Positions 1-9,047 of a stretch of DNA of 64,000 bases are shown here, one piece after another. The position numbers and the translations under genes were made by a program. The DNA is from Acidobacteriota bacterium (GTDB lineage Bacteria; Acidobacteriota; UBA6911; RPQK01; JAJDTT01): the NCBI GenBank assembly GCA_965209055.1, contig OZ242374.1, positions 2,304,001 through 2,368,000 on the forward strand, given 5' to 3'. The notes beneath the pieces were generated by a model, which worked only from the letters and a program-made list of their open reading frames with translations, ran no database searches and had not been told where the DNA came from. Each line of letters starts with the position of its first letter. The stretch's first letter is position 1.

Positions 1-1
1 G

Positions 2-316
2 AACGAGTTCCGCAACGGCGATCGCACGCAACCCCATGACTTCGGCACGGGGGGACTCTATTTCTACGTGCCGGCCCGAGAAGTCATTCCCGAAGATGGA
101 GAGTTCTTCTACAAGACGGTCATCGCCCATGGCCGCCATCTGGCGGTCTGGGTCAACGGCGTCCAGACCAGCGACTGGGAAGACCCGCGACCGCCCGGCA
201 ACAATGCCCGGCGCCAAGCCCGGTTGGTTCCCGGTGTGGTCAGCCTTCAGGCCCACGATCCCACCACGAACCTGGACTTCAAGAACATCCGGGCCGTCGA
301 GCTGCCGGAGCGTTGA
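2..316 (+). CDS. DUF1080 (3-keto-disaccharide hydrolase-like) protein, 5'-truncated by the window edge
   Basis: Frame is open from base 2: DFGTGGLY...HLAVWVNG...VSLQAHDPTTNLDFKNIR, a typical DUF1080 C-terminus. Confidence 0.8.
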   Translation, partial: NEFRNGDRTQPHDFGTGGLYFYVPAREVIPEDGEFFYKTVIAHGRHLAVWVNGVQTSDWEDPRPPGNNARRQARLVPGVVSLQAHDPTTNLDFKNIRAVELPER

Positions 317-337
317 CCGGCGCCGCGTGACCCGGTT

Positions 338-1129
338 TCAGGCCGCCGGTCCCTTGCCGGCGTTGACGCCGAGTTCTCGCCGATAAGCCTCGAGCGACAG
401 CAGGTCGTCCGGCATCACGTTCCCCACGTTCACTTCGGGGCCGAATCGATCCACCAGGCCGCGCCGCATCCGATGGATGTGGTGGGACTCGACACCGGGG
501 ATCCAGGGTCCGGGGAGTTCGAACATGACACGATCGAGACCGACGGCCGCCACCGTTTCGTCGACCTCGCGACGGGTCGCGTCATCGGCGTGAACCAGCT
601 CCGCGGCCTCCAGCAGGATGATGCTGGCGCCGGCGTCCAGGCAGGCCCTGGCGTCGTCGGGAAAGCTGGGGCCGTGGGAGAGGCCCTCCTTCTTGCCGAC
701 TTCTCCCAGCACGCCCATCCCGAATGCGGTCACTGCTTCCTCGATGACCCGGACCTTCCATTCCAGGGGGAGGTCTGCCACGTTGTTGGAGACCTCGATC
801 CAGCGGTATCCGGCCCTCCGGCAGGCCGGAAGGTAGAGATCGGCTTTCCCGTGGACCTGGGCGTACTCGAGATACTGGCCGCCGGGGAAAGCCTCGATCC
901 GGTGAGCCCGGTAGGCGCCGATCTTCTCGACCAGGACTGCATCCGTGAGCAGACGCGACAGACCGACGGCGATCTTGGCGAAGTCGATGTAGGGCGCCGC
1001 GGTGGCGGCCAGGTCGTTCTGGTGGGCGGCGCCAAGTCCCCAATCCACAACCATGGTCAGACCCGACGACCGGGGCTTCCGGCTGCGCGGAGCGCCGTCC
1101 AAGCCGGCGAATATGTGCCGTTCGTTCAT
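338..1129 (-). CDS. comA: Phosphosulfolactate synthase (ComA) family protein
   Basis: RKPRSSGLTMVVDWGLG, YIDFAKI, FPGG..LE, IEVSN, VLGEVGKK, FELP, VNVGNV...LEAYRRELG. Confidence 0.8.
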   Translation of the reverse strand: MNERHIFAGLDGAPRSRKPRSSGLTMVVDWGLGAAHQNDLAATAAPYIDFAKIAVGLSRLLTDAVLVEKIGAYRAHRIEAFPGGQYLEYAQVHGKADLYLPACRRAGYRWIEVSNNVADLPLEWKVRVIEEAVTAFGMGVLGEVGKKEGLSHGPSFPDDARACLDAGASIILLEAAELVHADDATRREVDETVAAVGLDRVMFELPGPWIPGVESHHIHRMRRGLVDRFGPEVNVGNVMPDDLLSLEAYRRELGVNAGKGPAA

Positions 1130-1145
1130 CTGGGGCCGGCTGGCG

Positions 1146-3647
1146 TCATCCAGTCAGTTTGCGGTTCTTGGGATCGTAACGGGGAATGGACACGACCGTC
1201 GCTCGGTGCGGCTCCTCGAAATAGTCGATTTCCAGGTGGCTTCCCGGCAGAGAGGCCTCTGTCGGGAGATAGCTGAACGCCAGGTTCTCCTGAACCGTAT
1301 AACCGTAACCGGCACTGGTGACGTAGCCCACCCGGCTTCCCTCGAAGCGGACCGGCTCGGCTCCCATGAGCACCGTATCGGGGTCTTCCAGCCGGAGGCA
1401 GCACCATTTCCGCCTCACCCCTTCGGTTACGATCCTTTCCAGCGCGGCCTTTCCCAGAAAGTCCTTCTTGTCCATGCTCACGGCGAAACCGAGACCCGCT
1501 TCCAGTGGGTTGTATTCCGTGTGGACGTCGGAGCCCCACAGCCGGTAGCCTTTTTCCAGTCTCAGGCTCTCGAAAGCTCCTCCTCCCGCTGCCGCCGCTC
1601 CCAGGGATTGACCCGCCTCCCAGAGCGTGTCCCACAAATGCAATCCGTATTCCGTCGGGGCGTAGAGTTCCCATCCAAGTTCTCCCACGTAGGAGATACG
1701 GAGAGCGACCACCGGCACGTGGCGCACGTAGATCCGCTGGGCCGTCAGGTAGGGAAACGCCTGGTTCGACAGGTCGTTCTCGCTGACGGTTTGGACCAGC
1801 TCCCGGGCGGCGGGACCCCAGACTCCCAGGCAGCACCAGGCCGACGTCAAGTCCCGGATCTGGACCCGGCTCTTCCGGTCCAGATGGAGGCGGAGCCAGG
1901 CCAGATCGCGCATACCGGTCCCGGCTCCCGTGATGACCCAGAAGCGGTCCTCCTCCAACCGGGTGATGGTGAGATCGGCCTCCATCCCTCCGCGTCGGTT
2001 CAGCAGGGAGGTGTAGGTGATTCGGCCGGGAGGCCGGTCCATCCGGTTGGCGGCCAGGTGTTGGAGGGAGGCCAGGGCGCCCGGACCCGCGACCTCCAGC
2101 TTGGTGAAGGGGGTCAGATCGAACAGGCAGACCCGCTCCCGGGCGGCGCGATGCTCGGCGCCGATCAGGGGGGACCAGTAACGGGCGCTCCAGCCCTGTC
2201 GTCCGAGTCCTCCCTCAGGGGCCGGCAGGCGCTTGCTGGCGGCGAACCACTGGGGCCGTTCCCAGCCGGCGTTCTCGAACATTTCCCCTCCCAGTTCCTC
2301 CAGGCGCGGGTGAAAGGGGCTCAGTCGAAGCCGTCGCGGACGCTCGATCTGTTGGTTGGGGTGGATGACGTCGTAGACTTCGCGGTACTGCGTTCGTCCT
2401 CGAGCCAGGACATAGGGCCGGCTGGGGACATGGGCGTGGAAGCGATTGCAGTCCAGGTCGCGCAGGTCCAACGGGGGAAGACCCTCCACCATGTACTGGG
2501 CGATGGCCCGGCCCACGCCGCCGCCGTGAGTCAGCCAAACTCCCTCCGCCAGCCAGAAACCCTCGAGATGGGCGGATTGTCCCAGCAATGACTGGCCGTC
2601 GGGGGTGAAGGCGAAGATTCCGTTGAGGCGGAAGGGGAACGATGCCTCCCGCAGGCAGGGGAACAGTTCCCTGGAGTCGGCCAAGGCGTTGTCGAAGTGG
2701 TGGGACGGAAAAGGACGGAGCGCCGGTTGGGGAGCACCCGACGGATCCGGACCCAATGACTCGATGTCCACCGGCAGCGGCTCGTGCCGGTAGGAGCCCA
2801 CGCCATAGCGGTCGAAGTCCTGCCGGGAGTACATGGAGCGATCCTGGTGCCGGAGGATCGGTTGTGTGACCTCGTCGCCGGCTCCGGCCAGCGCGGGCAG
2901 GGGACCGGTCCGGGCGTAAAGGTGCTGCATGGGCTGCATGGGGACGGGAACCCCCGCCATCCTGCCGACTCGCGGGCCCCAGATTCCCGCGCAGAGAAGA
3001 ACCTTCCCGGCTGCGATTCGGCCTTGGCTGCAGACCACTGCCGTCACCCTGCCATCGCGGGATTCGATGGAGGTGACCCTGGCGTCGGGCATGAAGAGCG
3101 CGCCCCGGCTCCCGGCCTCCCGGGCCAGGGCCTTCAAGATGCGGACCCCCTTTCCCAGACCGTCGGAAGGGACGTGGTAACCGCTGTATATCCGCCGGGA
3201 ATCGATCTGAGGAACGAGGCATCCGACCTCTTCCGGAGTCAGGATCCGGGCCGGCAATCCCCAGGAGCGGGCCAGACCGGCACGCCGCTTCAGGTCCCGG
3301 TGCCGCTTCAGGCTGCCGGCGACTTCGATGCTTCCCACCGGATAGAAGCAGGAAGCTTCCGATTGGGAACCCAGTTCGCGGTAGAGCCGGACGGTCCACT
3401 GGGCCAGCTTGCAGACGGTCCGGGAAGGATTGGTCTGGAAGACCAGTCCGGGAGCGTGGGAGGTGGACCCAAGGACCTGAAACAGAGGCCCCTGATCCAG
3501 AACGACCACATCGTCCCAACCGTAACGGGTCAGGTAGTAGGCGGCGCTGGAGCCCACGACGCCGGCGCCGATGATGACCAACCGGGCTTGGCGGGGGAGT
3601 CTGGGGGGATCCATCGATGCGAGCGTCCTGGGAGGCGGAGCCTCCAT
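1146..3647 (-). CDS. GcvT-family FAD-dependent oxidoreductase (dimethylglycine/sarcosine dehydrogenase or oxidase-like)
   Basis: IIGAGVVG FAD motif, GSTSHAPG, FTPDG, GWERP, LRLEKGY, GCV_T C-terminus with GYVTSAGYG. Confidence 0.9.
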   Translation of the reverse strand: MEAPPPRTLASMDPPRLPRQARLVIIGAGVVGSSAAYYLTRYGWDDVVVLDQGPLFQVLGSTSHAPGLVFQTNPSRTVCKLAQWTVRLYRELGSQSEASCFYPVGSIEVAGSLKRHRDLKRRAGLARSWGLPARILTPEEVGCLVPQIDSRRIYSGYHVPSDGLGKGVRILKALAREAGSRGALFMPDARVTSIESRDGRVTAVVCSQGRIAAGKVLLCAGIWGPRVGRMAGVPVPMQPMQHLYARTGPLPALAGAGDEVTQPILRHQDRSMYSRQDFDRYGVGSYRHEPLPVDIESLGPDPSGAPQPALRPFPSHHFDNALADSRELFPCLREASFPFRLNGIFAFTPDGQSLLGQSAHLEGFWLAEGVWLTHGGGVGRAIAQYMVEGLPPLDLRDLDCNRFHAHVPSRPYVLARGRTQYREVYDVIHPNQQIERPRRLRLSPFHPRLEELGGEMFENAGWERPQWFAASKRLPAPEGGLGRQGWSARYWSPLIGAEHRAARERVCLFDLTPFTKLEVAGPGALASLQHLAANRMDRPPGRITYTSLLNRRGGMEADLTITRLEEDRFWVITGAGTGMRDLAWLRLHLDRKSRVQIRDLTSAWCCLGVWGPAARELVQTVSENDLSNQAFPYLTAQRIYVRHVPVVALRISYVGELGWELYAPTEYGLHLWDTLWEAGQSLGAAAAGGGAFESLRLEKGYRLWGSDVHTEYNPLEAGLGFAVSMDKKDFLGKAALERIVTEGVRRKWCCLRLEDPDTVLMGAEPVRFEGSRVGYVTSAGYGYTVQENLAFSYLPTEASLPGSHLEIDYFEEPHRATVVSIPRYDPKNRKLTG

Positions 3648-3801
3648 CCGGTCCGGATTCTACCGCCATGGAGATTGCCGAAACAACTCAACCGAGTCGG
3701 CCGCCTCCATCGCCGGCGGGAAGGGACCTCCGGTCGAAAGCCGTAGCCGCTTTCAGTCCCGGCTGTTAGAGTTGCCCCTTCTCCCACGTGAACCGAATCC
3801 A

Positions 3802-5301
3802 ATGATCGTCTCCTTCGTCCTCTATCTGGTGATCCTGTTGGGGCTTGGCCTCTATGCGTCCCGCTTCATCAAGAGCCTGAAGGGGTTCCTGCTGGCCGAC
3901 CGCTCCATGGGGCCGTTCGTCACCGCACTGTCTGCCGAAGCCTCCGCCATGAGCGGTTGGCTGCTGATCGCAATCCCCGCTCGCGCGTTCACCTACGGAC
4001 TCGCCGCCATCTGGGTGGGATTGGCCTGTGTCATGGGGGACGCGGTGAGTTGGCTGTCGGTCTCCAAGCGGTTGCGGCGGCAGACGGAGCGGCTGCGGGC
4101 CCTGACCTTGCCCGAGTACTTTGAAAAGAGGTTCGCCAAGGAAGGAGGGTACGCCGTTCAACTGGTGGCCACCCTGGGAATCATGGTCTTCATGCTCATC
4201 TACCTCTGGGCCCAATTCGTGGCCGCGGGCAAGGCCATGTCGGCCATTCTGGACTACGTCGATTACCCGGAAGCCACGCTGCTGGCTGCCATCATCATCA
4301 TCGTGTACACGCTGCTGGGAGGATTCCGGGCCGTTGCCTGGACCGACTTCCTTCAAGGATTCATGATGCTGCTGGCCCTCACCATGCTGCCCCTGATCTG
4401 CCTGGCGAAAGTGGGCGGCTGGAATGCGCTCATGGGGCACCTTTCCCAGGTCTCCTCCGAGATGCCCGGAACCGCCAGTTCCAACCTGGATCACTGGTTC
4501 GCGGGGCTGACGGGGTTGGTGCTGTTCACCTTTCTCTTCGAGGACGCCGGAGTGGGGGTCGGCTATGTGGGTCAGCCTCACATCAGCGCCCGCTACATGG
4601 CGGTGCGGAAGGTCGCCCACCTGAAGACGGCTTTCATGGTGTCCGTCTGCTGGAACCTGCTGGCCGTTTCGGGAGCCGTGCTTCTGGGGCTGACCGCCCA
4701 CTATTGGTATCGATTCGCCGCCGCAGAGACGGTGCAGTCCCGCCTGGATTCCGCCCTGATCTTCAACGTGGAGCAGGTTCTGCCCATGATGGCTCGCCAG
4801 GTTCTGGATCCCTGGGTCGCCGGAATCCTGGTCTCGGCCACGCTGGCCGCCATCATGTCCTCGGCCGACAGCTTCCTGCTTTCCGCCGCCAGCTCCATGA
4901 CCCGGGACGTCTACCAGCGCATCTTCCGGCAACAGGCATCGGAACGGGAACTGCTCAAGATATCGAGAGTGGTGACCATCGGACTGGGAACGGGGGCTCT
5001 GACACTGGCTCTCTCCACCGATCCCTGGGATCCGGAGGCCACCGTCTATCAGCTCGTCCTGTACGCCTGGGGTGGACTCTCCGCTTGCTTCACCGCGCCC
5101 CTGGTCATGGCCCTCTTCTATCGGAAAATGACGCGAGCCGGGTGCCTGGCGGGCATTCTGATCGGCGCCGGGACCAGCTTGGTCTGGCGCAACATCGAGG
5201 CCCTTTCCTCCGTCGCCTACGAATTGATCCCCTCGGTGATCGTCTCAGGCTGCACCATTTGGGTCGTCTCACGACTGACCTGGAACGGTGACCCCAAGTA
5301 G
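3802..5301 (+). CDS. putP: Sodium/proline (SSS family) symporter
   Basis: ALSAEASAMSGW, YTLLGGFRAVAWTD, GQPHI..RYM, LAAIMSSADS; about 13 TM segments; start placed at ATG 3802. Confidence 0.85.
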   Translation: MIVSFVLYLVILLGLGLYASRFIKSLKGFLLADRSMGPFVTALSAEASAMSGWLLIAIPARAFTYGLAAIWVGLACVMGDAVSWLSVSKRLRRQTERLRALTLPEYFEKRFAKEGGYAVQLVATLGIMVFMLIYLWAQFVAAGKAMSAILDYVDYPEATLLAAIIIIVYTLLGGFRAVAWTDFLQGFMMLLALTMLPLICLAKVGGWNALMGHLSQVSSEMPGTASSNLDHWFAGLTGLVLFTFLFEDAGVGVGYVGQPHISARYMAVRKVAHLKTAFMVSVCWNLLAVSGAVLLGLTAHYWYRFAAAETVQSRLDSALIFNVEQVLPMMARQVLDPWVAGILVSATLAAIMSSADSFLLSAASSMTRDVYQRIFRQQASERELLKISRVVTIGLGTGALTLALSTDPWDPEATVYQLVLYAWGGLSACFTAPLVMALFYRKMTRAGCLAGILIGAGTSLVWRNIEALSSVAYELIPSVIVSGCTIWVVSRLTWNGDPK

Positions 5302-5313
5302 CGCTGAACCGGA

Positions 5314-6231
5314 CTAACCCGATTTTTCGATCCGGGCCCCCTGCGTGTCCAGGTCCAAGACCCGGAACTGGGCGCGGGTCCCTGCCGCCGCCAGAGTGCG
5401 GACCATCCAGGCGCCGACCTCCGCTTCCCGGCCGGCCACCAGGGCGATCACGGTGGAGCCCGAACCGCTGATGAAGGTGCCCAGGAGCGAGGCGCTCCAG
5501 TCGCTTTCCGGGGGAGGTCCGGCCAGCACCTCATCAAGTCCCGGCACGAGGCTCGCCCGGTATGACTGGTGGATCCGATCCAACGTCGCTTCCCGCAGAA
5601 GGCGGGCCTCGCCGGTGTGAAGGGCATGCACCAACAGAGAGGCGCGCTGGATGTTGAACACAGCGGTGGCCAGATCGTAGGACCGGGGCAGGATGGCGCG
5701 GGCTTCGGGTGTGGAGATGGCCTGGTCCGGCACGGCCACGACGAATCGGCAGCGCAGGGCGGAACGCAACCGCAGGGAATGCACACGGGAACCGGATGTC
5801 CAGGAAAGGACCCATCCGCCCAGCAGGCTGGCGGCCAGGTTGTCGGGATGGCCTTCCAGGGGAAAGGCGATCCGGAGGGCGTCGCCGTCGGAAAAGCGTT
5901 CCCCCGTGATCTGCTCCGCGATCTTGATTCCCGCGATGATGGCGGCGCCGCTGCTGCCCAGACCGCGGGTGAGGGGGATGGGGTTGCCGATGCTGAGGCG
6001 AATCCCGGGCAGCCCGGCGCCCAAGTTGGAGAACGCGGTCCTCAGGGAGCGGTCCAGGACGTTTTCTTCAAGGGGCAGGGTCCAATCCGGAGGCCACTCG
6101 ACTCCGACTCCCTCGATGGGCTCCACTCCGATGGTCAGGTAAAGGCTCAGGGCTGCCGAGAGAGTATCGAACCCGGGTCCCAGATTGCTGGTGCTGGCCG
6201 GAACGCGGACCTGGAAGGGATCCCAGCTCAT
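5314..6231 (-). CDS. thrB: Homoserine kinase
   Basis: VRVPASTSNLGPGFD, PLTRGLGSSGAA, EGHPDN, ISGSGST. Confidence 0.95.
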   Translation of the reverse strand: MSWDPFQVRVPASTSNLGPGFDTLSAALSLYLTIGVEPIEGVGVEWPPDWTLPLEENVLDRSLRTAFSNLGAGLPGIRLSIGNPIPLTRGLGSSGAAIIAGIKIAEQITGERFSDGDALRIAFPLEGHPDNLAASLLGGWVLSWTSGSRVHSLRLRSALRCRFVVAVPDQAISTPEARAILPRSYDLATAVFNIQRASLLVHALHTGEARLLREATLDRIHQSYRASLVPGLDEVLAGPPPESDWSASLLGTFISGSGSTVIALVAGREAEVGAWMVRTLAAAGTRAQFRVLDLDTQGARIEKSG

Positions 6232-7706
6232 CCGACGCTCGCCAGATCCTGCGGGTGGCTCCGGACCAATTCCAGCATGGAGTCCCGATCAGGCTCCCGG
6301 CCCGTCCAGGCCGAGAACTGGAGCGCCGCCTGCTCCACGAACATCTCCATTCCCGAAATGGTTCCGATGCCCTTTCGGGCCGCGAGCGCCAGGAGCTTCG
6401 TCTCCTCCGGCTGGTAGACCAGGTCATAGACCCACTCGAACCGCAGGTCCTGCTCGGTCAGCAGGGAGGCGTCCTCGTCCGGGGATTGGCCCACCGGGGT
6501 GGTGTTGACGCAGAGAAAAGCGGAAGCGGGGAGGTCCGGAAGGACGGTATGGGGACAGCCGTACGAGCGCGCAAACCGTCCGACCCGTTCCGGACTGCGT
6601 CCGGCCACCGTTACCCGCGCTCCCCGGGCGATCAAGGCCTCGGCCACCGTGTGGGCGACACCGCCGTTTCCCAGGATCAGCGTTTCTCTGCCGCGGATGG
6701 AGGCCCGGGAAAGAAGCGGCCGCAGGAACCCGCGATAGTCGGTGTTCAGGCCCTCCCACCGGCCGTCGTTGCGCACCAGCGTGTTGATTGCGGGCGCTGC
6801 GGCAGTGTCTCGGGATGCCAGGGCGGCGGCATCCTGCTTGAACGGCAACGTCACGCTGAACCCCTTGAAGGAGAGCCGGCTGCCCTCCAGGTAACGGAAC
6901 CACGGCTCCAGCTCGTCCAGCCGAATCGGAAGGTAGAGCTGGCGGTCCAGCCCATGCCGCTTGAAGAGCCGGTTGTGGATCCAGGGAGACCGGGAGTGGG
7001 CCACCGGATTCCCCAGAACGGCATACAGATCGGGAGGCTGATTCCAGGAGTCGAGCCGGTAGAGGTCCACGGCGGTTTCCAGGCTGAACTGGCCTGGAGC
7101 CGTTCCCTCTCCCTCTTCCTCCGCCACGAAGGTCCAGGCGTTCCCCAGGAAAGCACCCAGGGCCCGGGAGGGCTGGCCGAAGTCCCCCATGCCCAGGAGC
7201 ACGTAGGCTGCCCCCTGGGGGACCGATTCCATCCAGCTCAACAGGGTCACCAACTCCCGGGTGGAGGAGACCATCACGGCGATCTTGACCACGTCGCCTT
7301 CCAGGGCGTCGAGTCTGGAGTAGAGCCGGTTCAGATCTCCGGGAAAGGAGTCGAAGGAGTGGAAAGACCGGATCAGGCGTGTCGTGCCGGGAAACGGCGG
7401 GAGTTCCTGGACGTCATGTTCGACGTCGACCCAATGGAATCCGCTCCGTGCGGCCTCCAGGAGCAGGTTCAATCGATCGGCTTCCGGCCCCGTGTAGCCG
7501 CCCCCTTCGCGCGGGGGACGGCAAGTGGCGATGAACTCGGTCCCGGTGTCGGCCGGCAGAGGCGGAACCTGAGGTTGCGCGAGGCTGTCCAGGCGGCATT
7601 CGATGAGGGCCACCCGGCCCGCATATCGATGAACCTTGTCCAGCAGGCGTGCCGGTGATTCCTCGCCCAGGGCAAGACAGAGTTTGGGCATGGGGGTCCA
7701 AGTCAC
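6228..7706 (-). CDS. aroE: Bifunctional type I 3-dehydroquinate dehydratase / shikimate dehydrogenase
   Basis: N-half IECRLD, IATCR..EGG, SFH, DVVKIA, APGQ (AroD); C-half GNPVAHSRSP, SVTLPFK, INT, NTD, GNGGVA, YDLVY (AroE). Start is GTG 7706 or ATG 7691. Confidence 0.9.
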   Translation of the reverse strand: MTWTPMPKLCLALGEESPARLLDKVHRYAGRVALIECRLDSLAQPQVPPLPADTGTEFIATCRPPREGGGYTGPEADRLNLLLEAARSGFHWVDVEHDVQELPPFPGTTRLIRSFHSFDSFPGDLNRLYSRLDALEGDVVKIAVMVSSTRELVTLLSWMESVPQGAAYVLLGMGDFGQPSRALGAFLGNAWTFVAEEEGEGTAPGQFSLETAVDLYRLDSWNQPPDLYAVLGNPVAHSRSPWIHNRLFKRHGLDRQLYLPIRLDELEPWFRYLEGSRLSFKGFSVTLPFKQDAAALASRDTAAAPAINTLVRNDGRWEGLNTDYRGFLRPLLSRASIRGRETLILGNGGVAHTVAEALIARGARVTVAGRSPERVGRFARSYGCPHTVLPDLPASAFLCVNTTPVGQSPDEDASLLTEQDLRFEWVYDLVYQPEETKLLALAARKGIGTISGMEMFVEQAALQFSAWTGREPDRDSMLELVRSHPQDLASVG

Positions 7707-8269
7707 CCGTTCACGGCCGGACCGGAGTCGGCGCCGCCGTCGATTCGGCCCCAGAACCTGTGGAAGTACTCGACCATGGAAGCGCAGGCCAGAATCACCA
7801 CCACCCAGAGCAGGTATTGTCCGGCGCTGGCCAGCCAGGCGGAATCCCGCTGTCCCAGGATCAGGCAGCTCACGCACAGCACCTGGGTCCACATCTTGGC
7901 CTTTCCCAATGGGGAAGCGTCGATGGTGACGCCTTGAGCCGAGGCGATGCTTCTGAGTCCGGTTACGGCAAGCTCGCGGCCGATGACCAGGATCACCATC
8001 CAAGCGGAGGCCACTCCCCACTCCACCAGCGCGACCAGGGCCGCCGATATGAGCACTTTGTCCGCCACCGGATCCAGGAGCTTGCCCAGCGTGGTCACCT
8101 GCAGCCGTTTACGCGCCAGATAGCCGTCGAAATAGTCGGTCGCCGAGGCGGCGAGGAACACGATGAATCCCCACAATTCCCGGTCCTTGAACTTCCCCGT
8201 CAGCAGCACGACGAGAAGCAGGGGCACCAGAAAAATTCGCGTAACCGTAAGGCCGTTCGGCAGGTTCAT
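7703..8269 (-). CDS. pgsA: CDP-diacylglycerol--glycerol-3-phosphate 3-phosphatidyltransferase
   Basis: MNLPNGLT..RI, TDYFDGYLAR...GKLLDPVADK, GKAKM. Confidence 0.95.
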   Translation of the reverse strand: MNLPNGLTVTRIFLVPLLLVVLLTGKFKDRELWGFIVFLAASATDYFDGYLARKRLQVTTLGKLLDPVADKVLISAALVALVEWGVASAWMVILVIGRELAVTGLRSIASAQGVTIDASPLGKAKMWTQVLCVSCLILGQRDSAWLASAGQYLLWVVVILACASMVEYFHRFWGRIDGGADSGPAVNG

Positions 8270-8523
8270 GGGTCGCTAAAGTAACACAATCTCCGAAAGA
8301 GTCACAAACGGTTCCGGAGGGCTCTGAAGCCGCTTGCCCGCTCTGTTCAACGATGCGCCCGCAATGCGCGCCCTGGCCGCCTGGCGGGGCCGGGTTGGCC
8401 AAACTTGCGGCGAAATTGAAACTATTTCGAGTATCCGCAATCTAAACTTCGCTTGAAGGGATTGACAAGGAGCGCAGGAATTTCGTCAAATGGGCGGCCC
8501 GGTGTTCGGAGAGAGGTTCCGGA

Positions 8524-8994
8524 ATGAATCGAGTCGGGAAAATTGTCCTGATTTTGTCCGCCACACTGGTACTTGGCGCATCCGCCGGGATCGGTCTGCT
8601 GACGGATCCCGCGGCGGGAGGACTGCTGGGAAGTGACCGGCGGGACCCGGCTTTCCCGCAGCGGTTCGTGGGACCGCGTGATTCCGGATATCGCGTCTTT
8701 GTCGCCACCGCCTACTGCCTCAAGGGGGTGACCCGTTCCGGCGTCCGCGTCAGACGGGGCATCGTGGCCGCCGATCCGTCCAGAATTCCGCTGGGATCGG
8801 TCATCCAGGTGAGGGCCGGCAGCTACAGCGGGATCTACAGGGTTCTGGACACCGGTTCCGCAATCAAGGGCGAAATCATCGACATCTACGTTCCCGACGT
8901 CCATGAAGCCAGGCGTTTCGGCAGACAGCGGGTCCAGGTCCGTGTCCTGCGCCACGGCTGGGATCGGGATATTCCCACGAAAACGCTGGGCTAG
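8524..8994 (+). CDS. Secreted 3D (Asp-Asp-Asp) domain protein, cell-wall lytic transglycosylase-like
   Basis: Signal peptide; ATAY, VAADPSRIPLGS, DTGSAIKG..IDIY. Confidence 0.85.
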   Translation: MNRVGKIVLILSATLVLGASAGIGLLTDPAAGGLLGSDRRDPAFPQRFVGPRDSGYRVFVATAYCLKGVTRSGVRVRRGIVAADPSRIPLGSVIQVRAGSYSGIYRVLDTGSAIKGEIIDIYVPDVHEARRFGRQRVQVRVLRHGWDRDIPTKTLG

Positions 8995-9030
8995 CGGCCC
9001 TCCACGCGCCAGGTCCTCCCCCCCACCGGT

Positions 9031-9039
9031 TGCTATAAT
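9031..9039 (+). promoter_or_regulatory. Extended -10 promoter (TGcTATAAT) 8 nt upstream of the uvrC ATG
   Basis: Perfect TGnTATAAT; no Shine-Dalgarno before the start. Confidence 0.65.
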
Positions 9040-9047
9040 TCCGCTTG

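Noticed and set aside
6228-7706. AroD-AroE fusion as a novelty
   Set aside because: Known architecture in plants and several bacterial phyla
8270-8523. c-di-AMP riboswitch upstream of the 3D-domain gene
   Set aside because: Conserved ydaO motifs not recognisable
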